Shown: positions 1 through 10,667, counted from the stretch's first letter. The stretch is DNA of 64,000 nt from an uncultured bacterium (GCA_964651045.1 CAZYVD010000001.1:87144-151143); one strand, 5' to 3'. The notes: a model not told the origin generated them from the letters alone. A program made the numbers and translations.

Positions 1-811
1 TGTAGAATGCTGTTGGGACATGCGGAAAACTTGTAGCACCGATTTCCTCTATAAGAGGCAGGACCTTCTGAGGAAGAATCAGATTGCGAACCAGCATCAT
101 CCTAGCACCGAGTGAGAGATATCCATGAACATGCGCCAGTCCAAAAAGCCTCGTTTGCGGAAGCGCGGTTAGTTCGCAGTCATCAATTGTAACTTCGCAC
201 TTCTCCATAATGTTCATGGCACTGACTACCAGATTTCTGTGAGTAAGGACAACCCCCTTCTGTTTCCCGGTCGTGCCTGTAGTATAAAGAAGAATCGCCC
301 ACTGTCCTGACGAGACAGATGGAAGCTCTTTGTCAACTCTATCACTTAATATTTCATCTATATTGACCACATCCCTATTAAAGAACCTTCCTTTTATCTT
401 AGTCGGATCGCCGCCGACCGCCATGAATTTTACAGGCGGCAGATCTGCCCTCGAGATCATTTCCCAGTGAGAAGAATCGAAAAGAAAAAATCGTGCAGCA
501 GTATCCCTCAGTTGATAGGAAAGATTCTTTGGAGCAATGAAATTATCTATCGGAACACTAACACCCCCGCTGCACATTGCTGCATAGTGTACTATTACAA
601 ACTCTATGCTGTTTGGGAAGAGAAATGCTACCCTGTCGCCAGGCCTGAGTCCAGCTTCGATAAGCCTGTTTGCCAGTGTTTTAACACGAGTATAGAATTC
701 ATTGTAACTTACCACTCCATTGATATCACGTAAGGCCTCTCTGTTTCCATAGAGCTTTGCGCTCTGCTCTATGAGGTCGGGCAGAGAAAATTCATGCTTA
801 TCACGATACAT
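1..811 (-). CDS. AMP-dependent synthetase/ligase (acyl-CoA / acyl-ACP ligase), 3' end beyond window
   Basis: Minus-strand reading frame starting ATG at 809-811 translates MYRDKHEFSLPDLIEQSAKLYGNREALRD...LYTTGTTGKQKGVVLTHRNL (AMP-binding motif). Overlaps the upstream ACP gene stop by 11 nt. Absent from the ORF track because no stop lies inside the window. Confidence 0.8.
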   Translation of the reverse strand, partial: MYRDKHEFSLPDLIEQSAKLYGNREALRDINGVVSYNEFYTRVKTLANRLIEAGLRPGDRVAFLFPNSIEFVIVHYAAMCSGGVSVPIDNFIAPKNLSYQLRDTAARFFLFDSSHWEMISRADLPPVKFMAVGGDPTKIKGRFFNRDVVNIDEILSDRVDKELPSVSSGQWAILLYTTGTTGKQKGVVLTHRNLVVSAMNIMEKCEVTIDDCELTALPQTRLFGLAHVHGYLSLGARMMLVRNLILPQKVLPLIEEIGATSFPHVPTAFY

Positions 812-1031
812 GACTCTTTAAAACCTCCTTTAAAGAAGCAATAGAATCGATTGTAGCAATCTCATCTACACTGAATTTTAATCCGAACTCCTCTTCAACA
901 GCATGAATCAGCGATACATGCCCCAAAGAATCCCATTGAGGAATCGATCCCGGAGCAACATCATCAAGAGACCTTTTATCATCGAGCTGAAATACCCTGC
1001 GTACTACCTCTTCAACCTTTCTATCAATCAT
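801..1031 (-). CDS. acyl carrier protein
   Basis: 76 aa with the DSLGHV phosphopantetheine-attachment serine motif; small acidic helical protein. Confidence 0.8.
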   Translation of the reverse strand: MIDRKVEEVVRRVFQLDDKRSLDDVAPGSIPQWDSLGHVSLIHAVEEEFGLKFSVDEIATIDSIASLKEVLKSHVS

Positions 1032-1045
1032 TCGACACTCCTAAT

Positions 1046-2119
1046 TTAAACATTATCAGAATCTCCATGCATGAATGACCAATTTTCTGGATCGTTCATT
1101 CGATCAAAATCCTTCATTTTAAGAACATCTCCTCCAAGAAGAAGATGATAACTTTTACTTCTTGTCAGGAAACCATACTTCTTAAAACCTCTATCAAGTT
1201 TTGTCTTTTTTATTACCCAGGAGGAGGCAAGAGCCGCACCCGAATCCTTTATTATTCCAAGCGATAGTCCAACCGCCTGCCTTATATTCTCATCACTGCT
1301 TTTGACTAACATTAGATCAACAATATGACCACATTTAATATTAAAATTTTCTGTAAATTTGATTACCGCATACCCTGCTATAGCTTCTCTATCTATTAGA
1401 AGATATACATTATATTTCTCTGGATTGTTAAAAAAACGGTAATCGAAATATTCCCTGCTTTTGAATATCGTAAATTCACATTCACTGCTGATCAATCTCC
1501 ATGCATCTTCCAGACGACTATCTGGTTGTGAGACTATTTCCATTCTCCAGGAAGATTGATCGGGCGTAAACGGCTGTGAATAAAATAATTTATAATATAA
1601 TGAAAATTTCCATGAAATCAAATAGGATAAATTCCCTAGCCTTGCTGCCTTTTTTAATATTGTTGTAAAATCAACAGGTGCTATTATGCTTCTGTATTCA
1701 AAAATCTTTTTAAATCCATACAGTCTGGTCCATATCTTCATAGTAACCATATTTGCCGTTGTATAATAGGATGTTATTCCCTGCTTACTCATCTCCTTAA
1801 ATGCAAGAGACACAAGCCTGTAAAATATTCCCTTTCCCTGATAATCCGGGTCAATATATGCATCACCTGTCTCTCCAATAATCAATCTTTTTTCACCTAT
1901 CTTCAGAGGTTTTGGAATGACACAAAAAAGCCCGACTATTTTAGAATCATCCTCGGCAACAAATACACCCGGTCTTCCCCATGGATTCTTTCTGTATTTC
2001 CAGATGTAATACTCAGGCTCGTGCGATCTGATCTGATCCTTAATATTCACAAGAAAACACCGCTTCATGAAGCTGCTTATTGCTTCTGCATCCTGCTCCT
2101 CATACTTTCTGACAATCAT
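1046..2119 (-). CDS. GNAT-fold FemAB-related acyl/aminoacyl transferase
   Basis: 357 aa with GNAT motif A (YQGKGIFYRLV) and a duplicated acetyltransferase-like fold. Sits between the ACP and AsnB-like genes as in exosortase-associated cassettes. Confidence 0.55.
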   Translation of the reverse strand: MIVRKYEEQDAEAISSFMKRCFLVNIKDQIRSHEPEYYIWKYRKNPWGRPGVFVAEDDSKIVGLFCVIPKPLKIGEKRLIIGETGDAYIDPDYQGKGIFYRLVSLAFKEMSKQGITSYYTTANMVTMKIWTRLYGFKKIFEYRSIIAPVDFTTILKKAARLGNLSYLISWKFSLYYKLFYSQPFTPDQSSWRMEIVSQPDSRLEDAWRLISSECEFTIFKSREYFDYRFFNNPEKYNVYLLIDREAIAGYAVIKFTENFNIKCGHIVDLMLVKSSDENIRQAVGLSLGIIKDSGAALASSWVIKKTKLDRGFKKYGFLTRSKSYHLLLGGDVLKMKDFDRMNDPENWSFMHGDSDNV

Positions 2120-4011
2120 ATGGTTGCTCCCCTGCCATATTTATCATACCAGGTTTCAAAAACCATGAGTGCCCATAGTTTATGGCTGTGGTTTTCAATG
2201 CCTCTTAAATGCTCATCTATCATATGGCTGATAAAATCAAAATTAAAAAACCCCTCCTCACGAATCCTCTTTTCATTGAGAAGATCCATCATCATTGGTC
2301 TCAGTTCTCCTCTTATCCAGTTCTTAATCGGAATACTGAAACCCTGTTTATCCCTTTTCTGCACCTCCTCAGGAAGATCGTTCCAGAATGTTTTCTTCAG
2401 AATATACTTTGTTTTGAGCCTCCTCATTTTCAACTCTGGAGGAAGCGAGAATGCAAACTCAACTATTCTGTGATCCAGATATGGCACTCTCGCCTCAAGA
2501 GAGGTTGCCATAGACATTCGATCCACCTTTACAAGTATATCGTCTACAAGGTAGGTCTTTAAATCTATATAACCAGATCTTGTAATATCATCCATACCGT
2601 CTGCCTCTATAGAGTAACGGTGAATAAAATCATAATGATCTGTAGATTTTATAACGTTCCATAAATCACCAGAAAATATTCTCTCCCTTTCCCACTCCTG
2701 TAGAAATGCCATCCATCTCGCATGATACAAAGAATCCGGCAGCATAGTACCCATCACATATCGCTTGAAACTGTTTATCGCACCCTTTTTTTTAGAAGTT
2801 GGGCGCAGGGCTGTAGCAGCCGACTCTATGATGGCTCTTCTTAAGACCCTTGGAATTCTGCTGTACACAATCCTGTCAAACATATGAGCCCTGTATGTAT
2901 CGTATCCAGCAAAAAGCTCATCCCCGCCATCTCCTGAGAGAGCAACGGTAACATAATCTCTGGCCATTTTGGAAACAAGATATGTCGGAAAAATCGAAAA
3001 ATCTCCAAAGGGCTCATCAAGATATGAGATCAGTTTTTCTGTTAGTTCAAGAACCTTAGGTTCAACGACAAATTCATGGTGTTCTGTTTCATATCTCCTG
3101 GCAACAGATCGGGCATATCTCAATTCGTTGTAGGAAGATTCTTTAAATCCTATAGAAAAAGTCTTCACAGGTGCATTAGCAATAAGTGCCATCTGTGAAA
3201 CCATTATTGAAGAATCTATCCCTCCAGATAGAAATGCACCAAGAGGCACATCTGATATGAGCCGCAGCCTCACAGAGTCTTTTAAAAGCTCTCTCAGATT
3301 CTCGGCAGCCTCCTCCTCACTCAATTTTCGTTGGTCTAAATTAAGCTTCCAGTAAGATTGAATGTGAATTCTGCCGTTCTTATATATGAGTAAATGACCA
3401 GGCATGAGTTTACGAATCTCTTTGAAAATCGATCTGGGTGCCGGAATATACTCAAAACTCAGGTAGTTGTTAAGGGCAACCGGATCTATATGTTTTTCAA
3501 TATCTGGCGATTTCAGAATGGCCTTTATCTCAGAACCGAACACCAGTTTTTCTTCATCTGTGTAATAATATAGCGGTTTGATTCCCAACCGATCCCTTGC
3601 AAGAACCAACACTCTCTCGCTGTTGTCCCACAGGGCAAAGCCAAACATTCCATTGAGTCGTGTGCAAACATCTACCCCCCATGATTCATATCCATGAACA
3701 ATGGTCTCTGTATCGCAGTTTGTTCTGAATCTGTGGCCAAGATCTTCGAGCACTCTTCTTATCTGTCGGTAGTTATATATCTCACCATTGAATACTATTG
3801 TTATAGACCCATCCTCATTTGACATTGGCTGGTGCCCGGTGAGTATATCTATTATTGAAAGTCGTCTCATCCCAAGCCCTGCCGATCCGATCACAACCTC
3901 GCCACCATCATCAGGTCCCCTGTGGAAAAGGGTGTCAGCCATTCTACTGAGCAGTTGCCGATCAGGCCCCCTTTTATTGTCCCTGTATACTATTCCGCAT
4001 ATTCCACACAT
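2116..4011 (-). CDS. asnB: asparagine synthase (glutamine-hydrolysing) family amidotransferase
   Basis: 631 aa beginning MCGICGI with the class-II GATase Cys2, followed by a PP-loop synthetase domain (SGGIDSS). Confidence 0.85.
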   Translation of the reverse strand: MCGICGIVYRDNKRGPDRQLLSRMADTLFHRGPDDGGEVVIGSAGLGMRRLSIIDILTGHQPMSNEDGSITIVFNGEIYNYRQIRRVLEDLGHRFRTNCDTETIVHGYESWGVDVCTRLNGMFGFALWDNSERVLVLARDRLGIKPLYYYTDEEKLVFGSEIKAILKSPDIEKHIDPVALNNYLSFEYIPAPRSIFKEIRKLMPGHLLIYKNGRIHIQSYWKLNLDQRKLSEEEAAENLRELLKDSVRLRLISDVPLGAFLSGGIDSSIMVSQMALIANAPVKTFSIGFKESSYNELRYARSVARRYETEHHEFVVEPKVLELTEKLISYLDEPFGDFSIFPTYLVSKMARDYVTVALSGDGGDELFAGYDTYRAHMFDRIVYSRIPRVLRRAIIESAATALRPTSKKKGAINSFKRYVMGTMLPDSLYHARWMAFLQEWERERIFSGDLWNVIKSTDHYDFIHRYSIEADGMDDITRSGYIDLKTYLVDDILVKVDRMSMATSLEARVPYLDHRIVEFAFSLPPELKMRRLKTKYILKKTFWNDLPEEVQKRDKQGFSIPIKNWIRGELRPMMMDLLNEKRIREEGFFNFDFISHMIDEHLRGIENHSHKLWALMVFETWYDKYGRGATI

Positions 4012-5180
4012 ATCTTCTCCATTGCTCTATTGAGTGCTTTTTTCAATTTTTCAACATAAACCGAATAGCTGTATTTTTCTTCTGCAACCCTCTTAGCATT
4101 TCTTCCGACTCTTGCCGCGACCCTTTTGTTTTTGAGCAGAAGAAGAATACCCTTACCAAAACTCTCTGGCGATGGTTCAGTAAGAAGTGCAGAATCTTGA
4201 TTCAGTACCTGTGTATGTGTAATGAGGTCTGTGGCAACGATTGGAACTCCTGACCGCATATAGGAATAGATCTTTAGAGGCGTGTTAGTACCAGACATCC
4301 TCGGCGAGAGCAGTATGTCGGCACACCTCACATAGCTATTTACCTCTTCAGGTAAAACCTGACCTGTAAAGATGAAGTGATCCTCTACTCCCTTCTCAAC
4401 GGCAATCTTTTTATAATGTTCTATCTGTTCGGGCCTGCCCCCAACCAAAACAAATACCACAGAATTAAATTCTGATAAAACACCAACGCTGCTTTCCAGC
4501 AGCAGATCAAGACCCTGATAGGGTTCAAATGTTCCTGTGTAGAGGGCCACCCTTCTCCCTTGAAGTCTTAGTGATTCTCTTATCTCGTCCGATCTATCGA
4601 TCTGTTTGAATATCATACCGTAATCAATGACATTTTCTATCATTACACTCTTTCCACCGAAACCAAGTCTTGTAACATAATTAAAAAGTTCGGGACATAT
4701 TGTGATAACACATGAAGAATTTTTAATCACCCACATCTCTATCATGTTAAAAATAGATACTACTATCTTCAAATTGGCAAATTGAAAATTCTTAAACTGC
4801 TGGGGCAGGCTTGAATGCATGTCATATATGTGCGGTATCTTAAAAATCTTTGAGAAGAGAGTACCCCAGAAGCAGGCCTCTTCATGAGTATGTATCAAAT
4901 CATAATCCTTTTTTAAAAGCATGATAAATGTTTTAACAAGTAGAAGAAGATCCAGAGGGATCTTTTCAAACGAGGGTCCTATCCTCACCTTCTTGATCCA
5001 GAATATTGGGGGGATACGCAATATACGAACGCCCTTTATCGAAACGTCCATGCCCATTGGATAAGTTACCAGATCGATTCTATGCCCAACATCAGAAAGC
5101 GCCTTTAAGCGTCCGACAACACTTAAAGGCGTTCCCCTAGGCTCAAATATCGGTTCTGGTGCGACCATTAATATATTCAT
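3990..5180 (-). CDS. glycosyltransferase family 1/4
   Basis: 396 aa with a GT-B fold C-terminal domain; EPS locus context. Confidence 0.75.
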   Translation of the reverse strand: MNILMVAPEPIFEPRGTPLSVVGRLKALSDVGHRIDLVTYPMGMDVSIKGVRILRIPPIFWIKKVRIGPSFEKIPLDLLLLVKTFIMLLKKDYDLIHTHEEACFWGTLFSKIFKIPHIYDMHSSLPQQFKNFQFANLKIVVSIFNMIEMWVIKNSSCVITICPELFNYVTRLGFGGKSVMIENVIDYGMIFKQIDRSDEIRESLRLQGRRVALYTGTFEPYQGLDLLLESSVGVLSEFNSVVFVLVGGRPEQIEHYKKIAVEKGVEDHFIFTGQVLPEEVNSYVRCADILLSPRMSGTNTPLKIYSYMRSGVPIVATDLITHTQVLNQDSALLTEPSPESFGKGILLLLKNKRVAARVGRNAKRVAEEKYSYSVYVEKLKKALNRAMEKICVEYAE

Positions 5181-5192
5181 AAGCTCTCTAAA

Positions 5193-6650
5193 CTACGCTG
5201 CACCATATCCTGTTATTACAACAAATATTGTCTTTATCAAAATCTTTATGTCAAGCCATAAAGAAAAATTGTCGATGTACTGCAAATCCATTTCCATCCA
5301 TTTTTCAAAATCGATTCTGTTTCTTCCACTTACTTGCCATATACATGTAAGGCCTGGCTTCATGCTCAGTCTTCTCCTCTGCCATGTTTCATACATGTCT
5401 ACCTCGACAGGTATCGGGGGCCTTGGACCCACTAAACTCATGTCACCTTTCAGTACATTCCACAACTGCGGCAGCTCATCGATGCTAAACCTTCGCATGA
5501 AACGGCCAAAACTTGTCACCCTCGGATCTCTTTTCATCTTGAACACAGGTCCATTCATCTCATTCTGGCGTTCAAGTTCCCTTTTTCGCATCTCTGCCCC
5601 CATATGCATCGAACGAAATTTGTAGAGAGTAAACTTTCGTCCATTCATGCCGCATCTGGTCTGCCGAAAGAAGATTGTACCCTTTGAAGTGAGCTTTATG
5701 CCAGCAATGGCAATCAGGAATATTGGAGAGAGAAGAATCAAAAGAACAAATGAAATAACTATGTCCAGAAGCCTCTTGATAAATAACTGCCACTCCTTTG
5801 CAGTAGATGTTTGAAATATGATCAGCGGTATGTCTGCAAAATTTGACTGACGAAGCTGACCGAGTCTTGGCTTATAAAGATCAACGGTAACTGCTGCAAC
5901 TACTCCCTCCATCTCACAGCTGTGTATTGCCTCCTCAATGCGATTCAACCACATTCTTGGAACAACAAAAATGACCCTGTCTATTACATTTTCCCTGAGA
6001 ATTCTGGGAATATCCCTTATGCGGCCAATGACCTCATACTCAAAAATCTTCTTACCAAGCAGTTTTGGATCATCGTCTACAAGTCCAACGATTTTAAGAC
6101 CCCAGTTAGAATGATCCTTTACAACCTCTATGAACTCCTGAGCACGTTTGCCCGTACCCACAATCAGAATATTGACCAGGTTGTGGCCCTGGCGAAATGA
6201 ATAATCGAGACCCAATATCCATACCGCCTTATCAAAAGAGAGGCCGAGGAAGGCTGTAAAGGCAAAGACAGCCACATATAACCTGCTGGTCAATGTCATC
6301 TTAAGCAAAAACACACCGCTTCCAAGAAACAGCACAGAAACTATTCCTGTCCGAAATACTCTCCAGAGTATCTCAATGTATTTCTTTGTCCTGAAGTCCT
6401 GATATATACCATCCAGAGACATGAGCTTAATCCAAACCGGGATGGTAATCAAAACAAGCCACAGATGATTCTGCAGAAAAAAGATAGCGCCTTCAAGACT
6501 GGAGGAAGGCGCAAAAGCAAGAGGTCCTAAATCAAGATATTCTCTGATACTTATAGTGATGAAATATGCTGCAATAAATGATACGGCTATCACAAATGCA
6601 TCAGTAATTTTCATCAATCGGATTATTAATCTCTCTTTCTCCCTTACCAT
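5193..6650 (-). CDS. undecaprenyl-phosphate sugar phosphotransferase (WbaP/EpsB-type initiating sugar transferase)
   Basis: 485 aa with N-terminal TM helices and a C-terminal bacterial sugar transferase domain (PGLTCIWQVSGRNR). Confidence 0.85.
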   Translation of the reverse strand: MVREKERLIIRLMKITDAFVIAVSFIAAYFITISIREYLDLGPLAFAPSSSLEGAIFFLQNHLWLVLITIPVWIKLMSLDGIYQDFRTKKYIEILWRVFRTGIVSVLFLGSGVFLLKMTLTSRLYVAVFAFTAFLGLSFDKAVWILGLDYSFRQGHNLVNILIVGTGKRAQEFIEVVKDHSNWGLKIVGLVDDDPKLLGKKIFEYEVIGRIRDIPRILRENVIDRVIFVVPRMWLNRIEEAIHSCEMEGVVAAVTVDLYKPRLGQLRQSNFADIPLIIFQTSTAKEWQLFIKRLLDIVISFVLLILLSPIFLIAIAGIKLTSKGTIFFRQTRCGMNGRKFTLYKFRSMHMGAEMRKRELERQNEMNGPVFKMKRDPRVTSFGRFMRRFSIDELPQLWNVLKGDMSLVGPRPPIPVEVDMYETWQRRRLSMKPGLTCIWQVSGRNRIDFEKWMEMDLQYIDNFSLWLDIKILIKTIFVVITGYGAA

Positions 6651-6652
6651 CT

Positions 6653-7603
6653 CTAATCCATCTTATTTTCATACCATGTTACAAATCTCGAGATCCCTTC
6701 TTCTATTGAAACAGAGGGCGAATATCCCAGCTCCTGTTTTGCCCTTGTTATATCTGCATAAGTCATTCGTACATCGCCTGGCTGCTCTGGAAGTCTGCGG
6801 ATTCTGGCCTCCTTACCTATCCGCTTCTCAAGAATTCTGATCAGCTCCATCAGTTCTGTTGTTCTTGACTCTCCCAGATTATAAATGCGAAAACCCTCAC
6901 ACTTTTCTATTGCCTTTTCAATACCATCTATAATATCCGTTATAAATGTATAATCTCTCTTGCTTGTTCCATCTCCAAATAGAGAGATCTCTTCTTCCTC
7001 GAATATGTGTTTTGTAAATTTATGAATAGCCATGTCTGGCCGCTGCCTTGGACCATAAACAGTAAAAAATCTCAAACAGAAAATAGAAATATCGTAAAGA
7101 TGGTGATAGGTAAAAGCCAGCAGTTCACACCCCTTCTTGGTAGCTGCATATGGTGAAATTGGAAAATCAACAGGATCTTCCTCTGAGAACGGCACCTTTT
7201 TGTTGTTTCCGTATACAGAAGAAGATGAGGCAAGGATAAATTTTTTTATTCCGAAAAGTCTGCTGAGTTCTAATAGATTTAATGTACCACCTAAATTTAC
7301 TCTTTGATACAAAAGCGGATTCTTTATGGATGGCCTTACACCGGCTCTGGCAGCCAGATGAATTACAGCATCAAATGAATTTTTTCTGAAAATCTCATTT
7401 AGAAAATCATAATCACAAATATCACCTTTGAACAATCTGAAACTGCTATTTTTCTCTATTCTGTGAATATTTTGTTTTTTGATTTCTGGGTCATAATAAT
7501 CATTAAAATCATCTATGCAATATACCTCATCCCCCCTCTTCAGTAATGTTTCAGATAAATGCGACCCAATGAATCCTGCCCCCCCTGTTACTAAAAATCG
7601 CAT
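6653..7603 (-). CDS. NAD-dependent nucleotide-sugar epimerase/dehydratase (SDR, UDP-glucuronate/GlcNAc 4-epimerase-like)
   Basis: 316 aa with GGAGFIGSHL Rossmann motif and YAATKKGCE catalytic YxxxK. Confidence 0.85.
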   Translation of the reverse strand: MRFLVTGGAGFIGSHLSETLLKRGDEVYCIDDFNDYYDPEIKKQNIHRIEKNSSFRLFKGDICDYDFLNEIFRKNSFDAVIHLAARAGVRPSIKNPLLYQRVNLGGTLNLLELSRLFGIKKFILASSSSVYGNNKKVPFSEEDPVDFPISPYAATKKGCELLAFTYHHLYDISIFCLRFFTVYGPRQRPDMAIHKFTKHIFEEEEISLFGDGTSKRDYTFITDIIDGIEKAIEKCEGFRIYNLGESRTTELMELIRILEKRIGKEARIRRLPEQPGDVRMTYADITRAKQELGYSPSVSIEEGISRFVTWYENKMD

Positions 7604-7614
7604 ACCCCTATTCC

Positions 7615-9921
7615 TTAGTAATGATAATAACTATAGCCTTCATGGGCTATTTCTACACCTGCTCCGTTGAGAATCACTCCAAGAATATTGGCCCGAACGC
7701 TCCTGAATAGTTCCAGCTTCTGCTTGATTTCATCCCTGCTTGTCCTGCCGGCCCTGACAAGAAATGCAACACCGTCTACAAGAGTACTGAGAATCACAAC
7801 ATCGGTTGCCGCTGCCATCGGTGGGGTGTCAAATATGATTATCTCAAACTCCCTTTTAATCTCTTCAATGAACTGCTTCATTCTATCTGATCCAAGAAGC
7901 TCTGAAGGGTTGGGCACAAGTGTTCCGCATGTTATCAATTTAAGATTCGGTATATAGGTCTCTCTTATCACATCATCCATCGAAGCCATGCCCATTAAAT
8001 GATTGGTTAGACCCGGCTTCTTTGGACAGTTGAATGTATTGTGTAGAACTCCCCGTCGAAGATCTGTATCAACAAGTAGTGTCCTTGATTTTTGCTGCGC
8101 CATTGTTATTGAAAGATTGGCAGCAGTAAATGATTTGCCCTCCTCTGGAAGCACGCTGCCAATAGCCAGTGTGCTTATCTCACCTATGCCCTTTGAAAAC
8201 AGGATGCTAGTACGAAGATATCGATATGCCTCGCCAACAGGGGTCGGAGAATAATCGTGAGTAACAATCTGCGAACTTATGCTCTTTGCCTTCTCTGAAT
8301 CCTGAATCTCATATTTATCGAACCTTACCTTTGGTATTATTCCCAAGATTGGCAGCCGCACATGACGCTTGATGTCCTGTTGAGTCTTTATGCTCTTGTC
8401 CATCTCCTCGATGACAATTACGATGCCTACACCAAGAACAAGACCTAAAAATATCCCGATGATCATCTTCTTACGTGTGTCTTTTGTGACAGGCTTATCT
8501 GGTGGAATTGCAGGATCAATTATCTTTGCACTCTCAGGCGTGGTCACCTCTGAAACCTCTGCCTCCTTAACCATTTTCAGAAGAGTCTTATAGATTTCTT
8601 CGTTAGCCTGTCTTTCTCTGTTTAATTCAATCTGCCGAATCTCCTCATCTGGAAGAACACTTAACTTTGCTTCCAGGTCTTTCTTCTGCTTTATCATGTC
8701 CTCAATTTGTCTGTCCAGTGCCTTTATTTTATCATTTGCCTTCTGATATATCTTGTTTTCAATCTCATGTATAGTTTCGATAAGCTCGCTTACCTTTGGA
8801 TTTTTTTCAGGCAAATTTTCATATTTAGTATCTTTTTCTCTTTTTGTGTCCATGAGCTGAGCCCTGAGTATGGCCATTTCATCATCATTCTCAAATATTG
8901 TCATTCTTGTAATCTGCTGATATATGTATGGAAGATAGTCATCATTCTTTACATCGAAGTCTTCTGAGGTAATGTCGAGTTGGTTTAGAAGCATGTTCAG
9001 TTCATTCTTGCTCAGTGTAAGCTGTCTGATCTGTCTGTCTATTAAATCTAATCGATTCACTACATCCTGGGTCTCCTGGTTCAATCCCTTTATATGTTTG
9101 TTTCTGAATGCTCTCAGGTTTGCATCGGATCTATTTAACTTCTTTTTTGCCTCCTCGAGTTGATTCTTGAGGAAGTTTAGCCTCATTCTTTTGCTCTCTC
9201 TTGTCATTTGCCTGGTCTTTTCGATAAATATGCTTGCAAGCATGTTTGCAGTCTGACTGGCAAGCTTTGGATTCCTGTCTCTCAGTGTTATCTTGATAAG
9301 AGTTCCAGTATTGTTTGCCCTTATGTCTTCCCTGGCAATCAAAGATTTCACAGTACTGATGAAATCTCTTACTAAAAATTTAACCTCAGAAGATCTCTTG
9401 ACGATCTCTGGATTAAGCGAAAAAAACAGGTTATTATAAGATACTGTATCATCAATAAATTTCTTTACATTCACACTATCCAGAAGCTTGCTCCCATAAT
9501 AGAATGCACACTGACCGGAAGGATAGAAACGTAAAGAATACCTTCCCGCAACCGGATTTTTTGTTGTTGAAAATAGCTTAAAAACATCATGGCTCATTAG
9601 AGTATCGCTCTGAATCGAAAGCACTAAACCCAGCTCTGCAGTGATCTCTTCTGCAAAACTTCTGCTTTTGAGTTCTCTTATCCTCCTGCCTATCAGATTA
9701 TTTGGAACATCGCGTGCCACATTTTCAAAGCTAATCCATGTTTCTGCCTCATATACAGGCGGCTGCTTTTTAAGATGCCATATCCACGGAACCGCCACTG
9801 CTGCTGTAACGATTCCAATCAACCAGAAGCGCCGTATCAGAGCCCTGATATAGTTCATAAAGTCAATACCGCTATCTTCCTGCAGTTGCTCATGGTGAAA
9901 ATCTTCTATAAATTTCTCCAT
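7615..9921 (-). CDS. polysaccharide chain-length determinant / tyrosine autokinase (Wzc/BY-kinase type)
   Basis: 768 aa with N-terminal Wzz-like TM and long coiled coil, C-terminal P-loop kinase (Walker A GKS) and a Tyr-rich tail YSYYHY. Confidence 0.85.
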   Translation of the reverse strand: MEKFIEDFHHEQLQEDSGIDFMNYIRALIRRFWLIGIVTAAVAVPWIWHLKKQPPVYEAETWISFENVARDVPNNLIGRRIRELKSRSFAEEITAELGLVLSIQSDTLMSHDVFKLFSTTKNPVAGRYSLRFYPSGQCAFYYGSKLLDSVNVKKFIDDTVSYNNLFFSLNPEIVKRSSEVKFLVRDFISTVKSLIAREDIRANNTGTLIKITLRDRNPKLASQTANMLASIFIEKTRQMTRESKRMRLNFLKNQLEEAKKKLNRSDANLRAFRNKHIKGLNQETQDVVNRLDLIDRQIRQLTLSKNELNMLLNQLDITSEDFDVKNDDYLPYIYQQITRMTIFENDDEMAILRAQLMDTKREKDTKYENLPEKNPKVSELIETIHEIENKIYQKANDKIKALDRQIEDMIKQKKDLEAKLSVLPDEEIRQIELNRERQANEEIYKTLLKMVKEAEVSEVTTPESAKIIDPAIPPDKPVTKDTRKKMIIGIFLGLVLGVGIVIVIEEMDKSIKTQQDIKRHVRLPILGIIPKVRFDKYEIQDSEKAKSISSQIVTHDYSPTPVGEAYRYLRTSILFSKGIGEISTLAIGSVLPEEGKSFTAANLSITMAQQKSRTLLVDTDLRRGVLHNTFNCPKKPGLTNHLMGMASMDDVIRETYIPNLKLITCGTLVPNPSELLGSDRMKQFIEEIKREFEIIIFDTPPMAAATDVVILSTLVDGVAFLVRAGRTSRDEIKQKLELFRSVRANILGVILNGAGVEIAHEGYSYYHY

Positions 9922-9935
9922 ATCCTCGTCTCCTT

Positions 9936-10667
9936 TTACCAGCCTCGTTTAAGTCGCAGATATAGTAATGCAAGGGAAGCAAAAAGATTTATTACCTGAA
10001 TAACTATCATAAAATTTATACCGCCTCTTTGAGGTGCGATTATCTGATCTCCAGATTCTATTCCTATCTCCTCAAGAGATTCTCCCCTCTCAAAACCGTC
10101 CAGCAATTTCTTTATAACGACTTCTCCTCCCCTCTCCACCCACATTTTATTTAAGTCGCACCCTCTTGTAGGTCCGCCCGCTATCCTAACAAGCTCCCAT
10201 AACGAACTTGCAGGATCGATATAATAGGAACCAGGACTGTTGAATGCTCCCTGCATGGTTACACGGATCAGGGGCCTCACATAAACATAGGGCCTCTCAA
10301 GATAGGCTTCATACTCCTTCTCTAACCTCTGGATCAACTCAAATGCTGTAAGTCCCTTTACCTTTATCTCGCCAATAAGAGGCAGTATTACAAATCCCTC
10401 GCTGTCAATAGGATAGTTGCGATTAAAATTGATGTTCCATTTGGTCTGCTGTGTGGTGGAAAGATCCCATATTGTAATTCGAACGGCATCGCCTGGTTGA
10501 AAAACAGTCAGCGATTCGGCGGTTTTAGGCCATCGATTTTGATATTTCTGCTGTGCAAGAGCGTCTTGTGGAAAGGATAGATTTAAGACTAAAAAAATAA
10601 GGATAAAACATTGAAAAACAACATTCCTTTCCGTTCTATTTCTTAATAACATACTCTCTCCATTCAT
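9936..10667 (-). CDS. polysaccharide export outer-membrane protein (Wza/EpsE family)
   Basis: 243 aa with signal peptide, polysaccharide-export (Poly_export) plus SLBB-like region; sits last in the EPS locus. Confidence 0.75.
   Translation of the reverse strand: MNGESMLLRNRTERNVVFQCFILIFLVLNLSFPQDALAQQKYQNRWPKTAESLTVFQPGDAVRITIWDLSTTQQTKWNINFNRNYPIDSEGFVILPLIGEIKVKGLTAFELIQRLEKEYEAYLERPYVYVRPLIRVTMQGAFNSPGSYYIDPASSLWELVRIAGGPTRGCDLNKMWVERGGEVVIKKLLDGFERGESLEEIGIESGDQIIAPQRGGINFMIVIQVINLFASLALLYLRLKRGW

Noticed and set aside
467-733. Plus-strand 88-aa ORF
   Set aside because: Lies entirely inside the minus-strand AMP-ligase gene, whose translation is clearly homologous to acyl-CoA synthetases; shadow ORF.
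2021-2562. Plus-strand 150-aa and 117-aa ORFs
   Set aside because: Antisense to the GNAT-like and AsnB genes, low-complexity S/L-rich translations; spurious.
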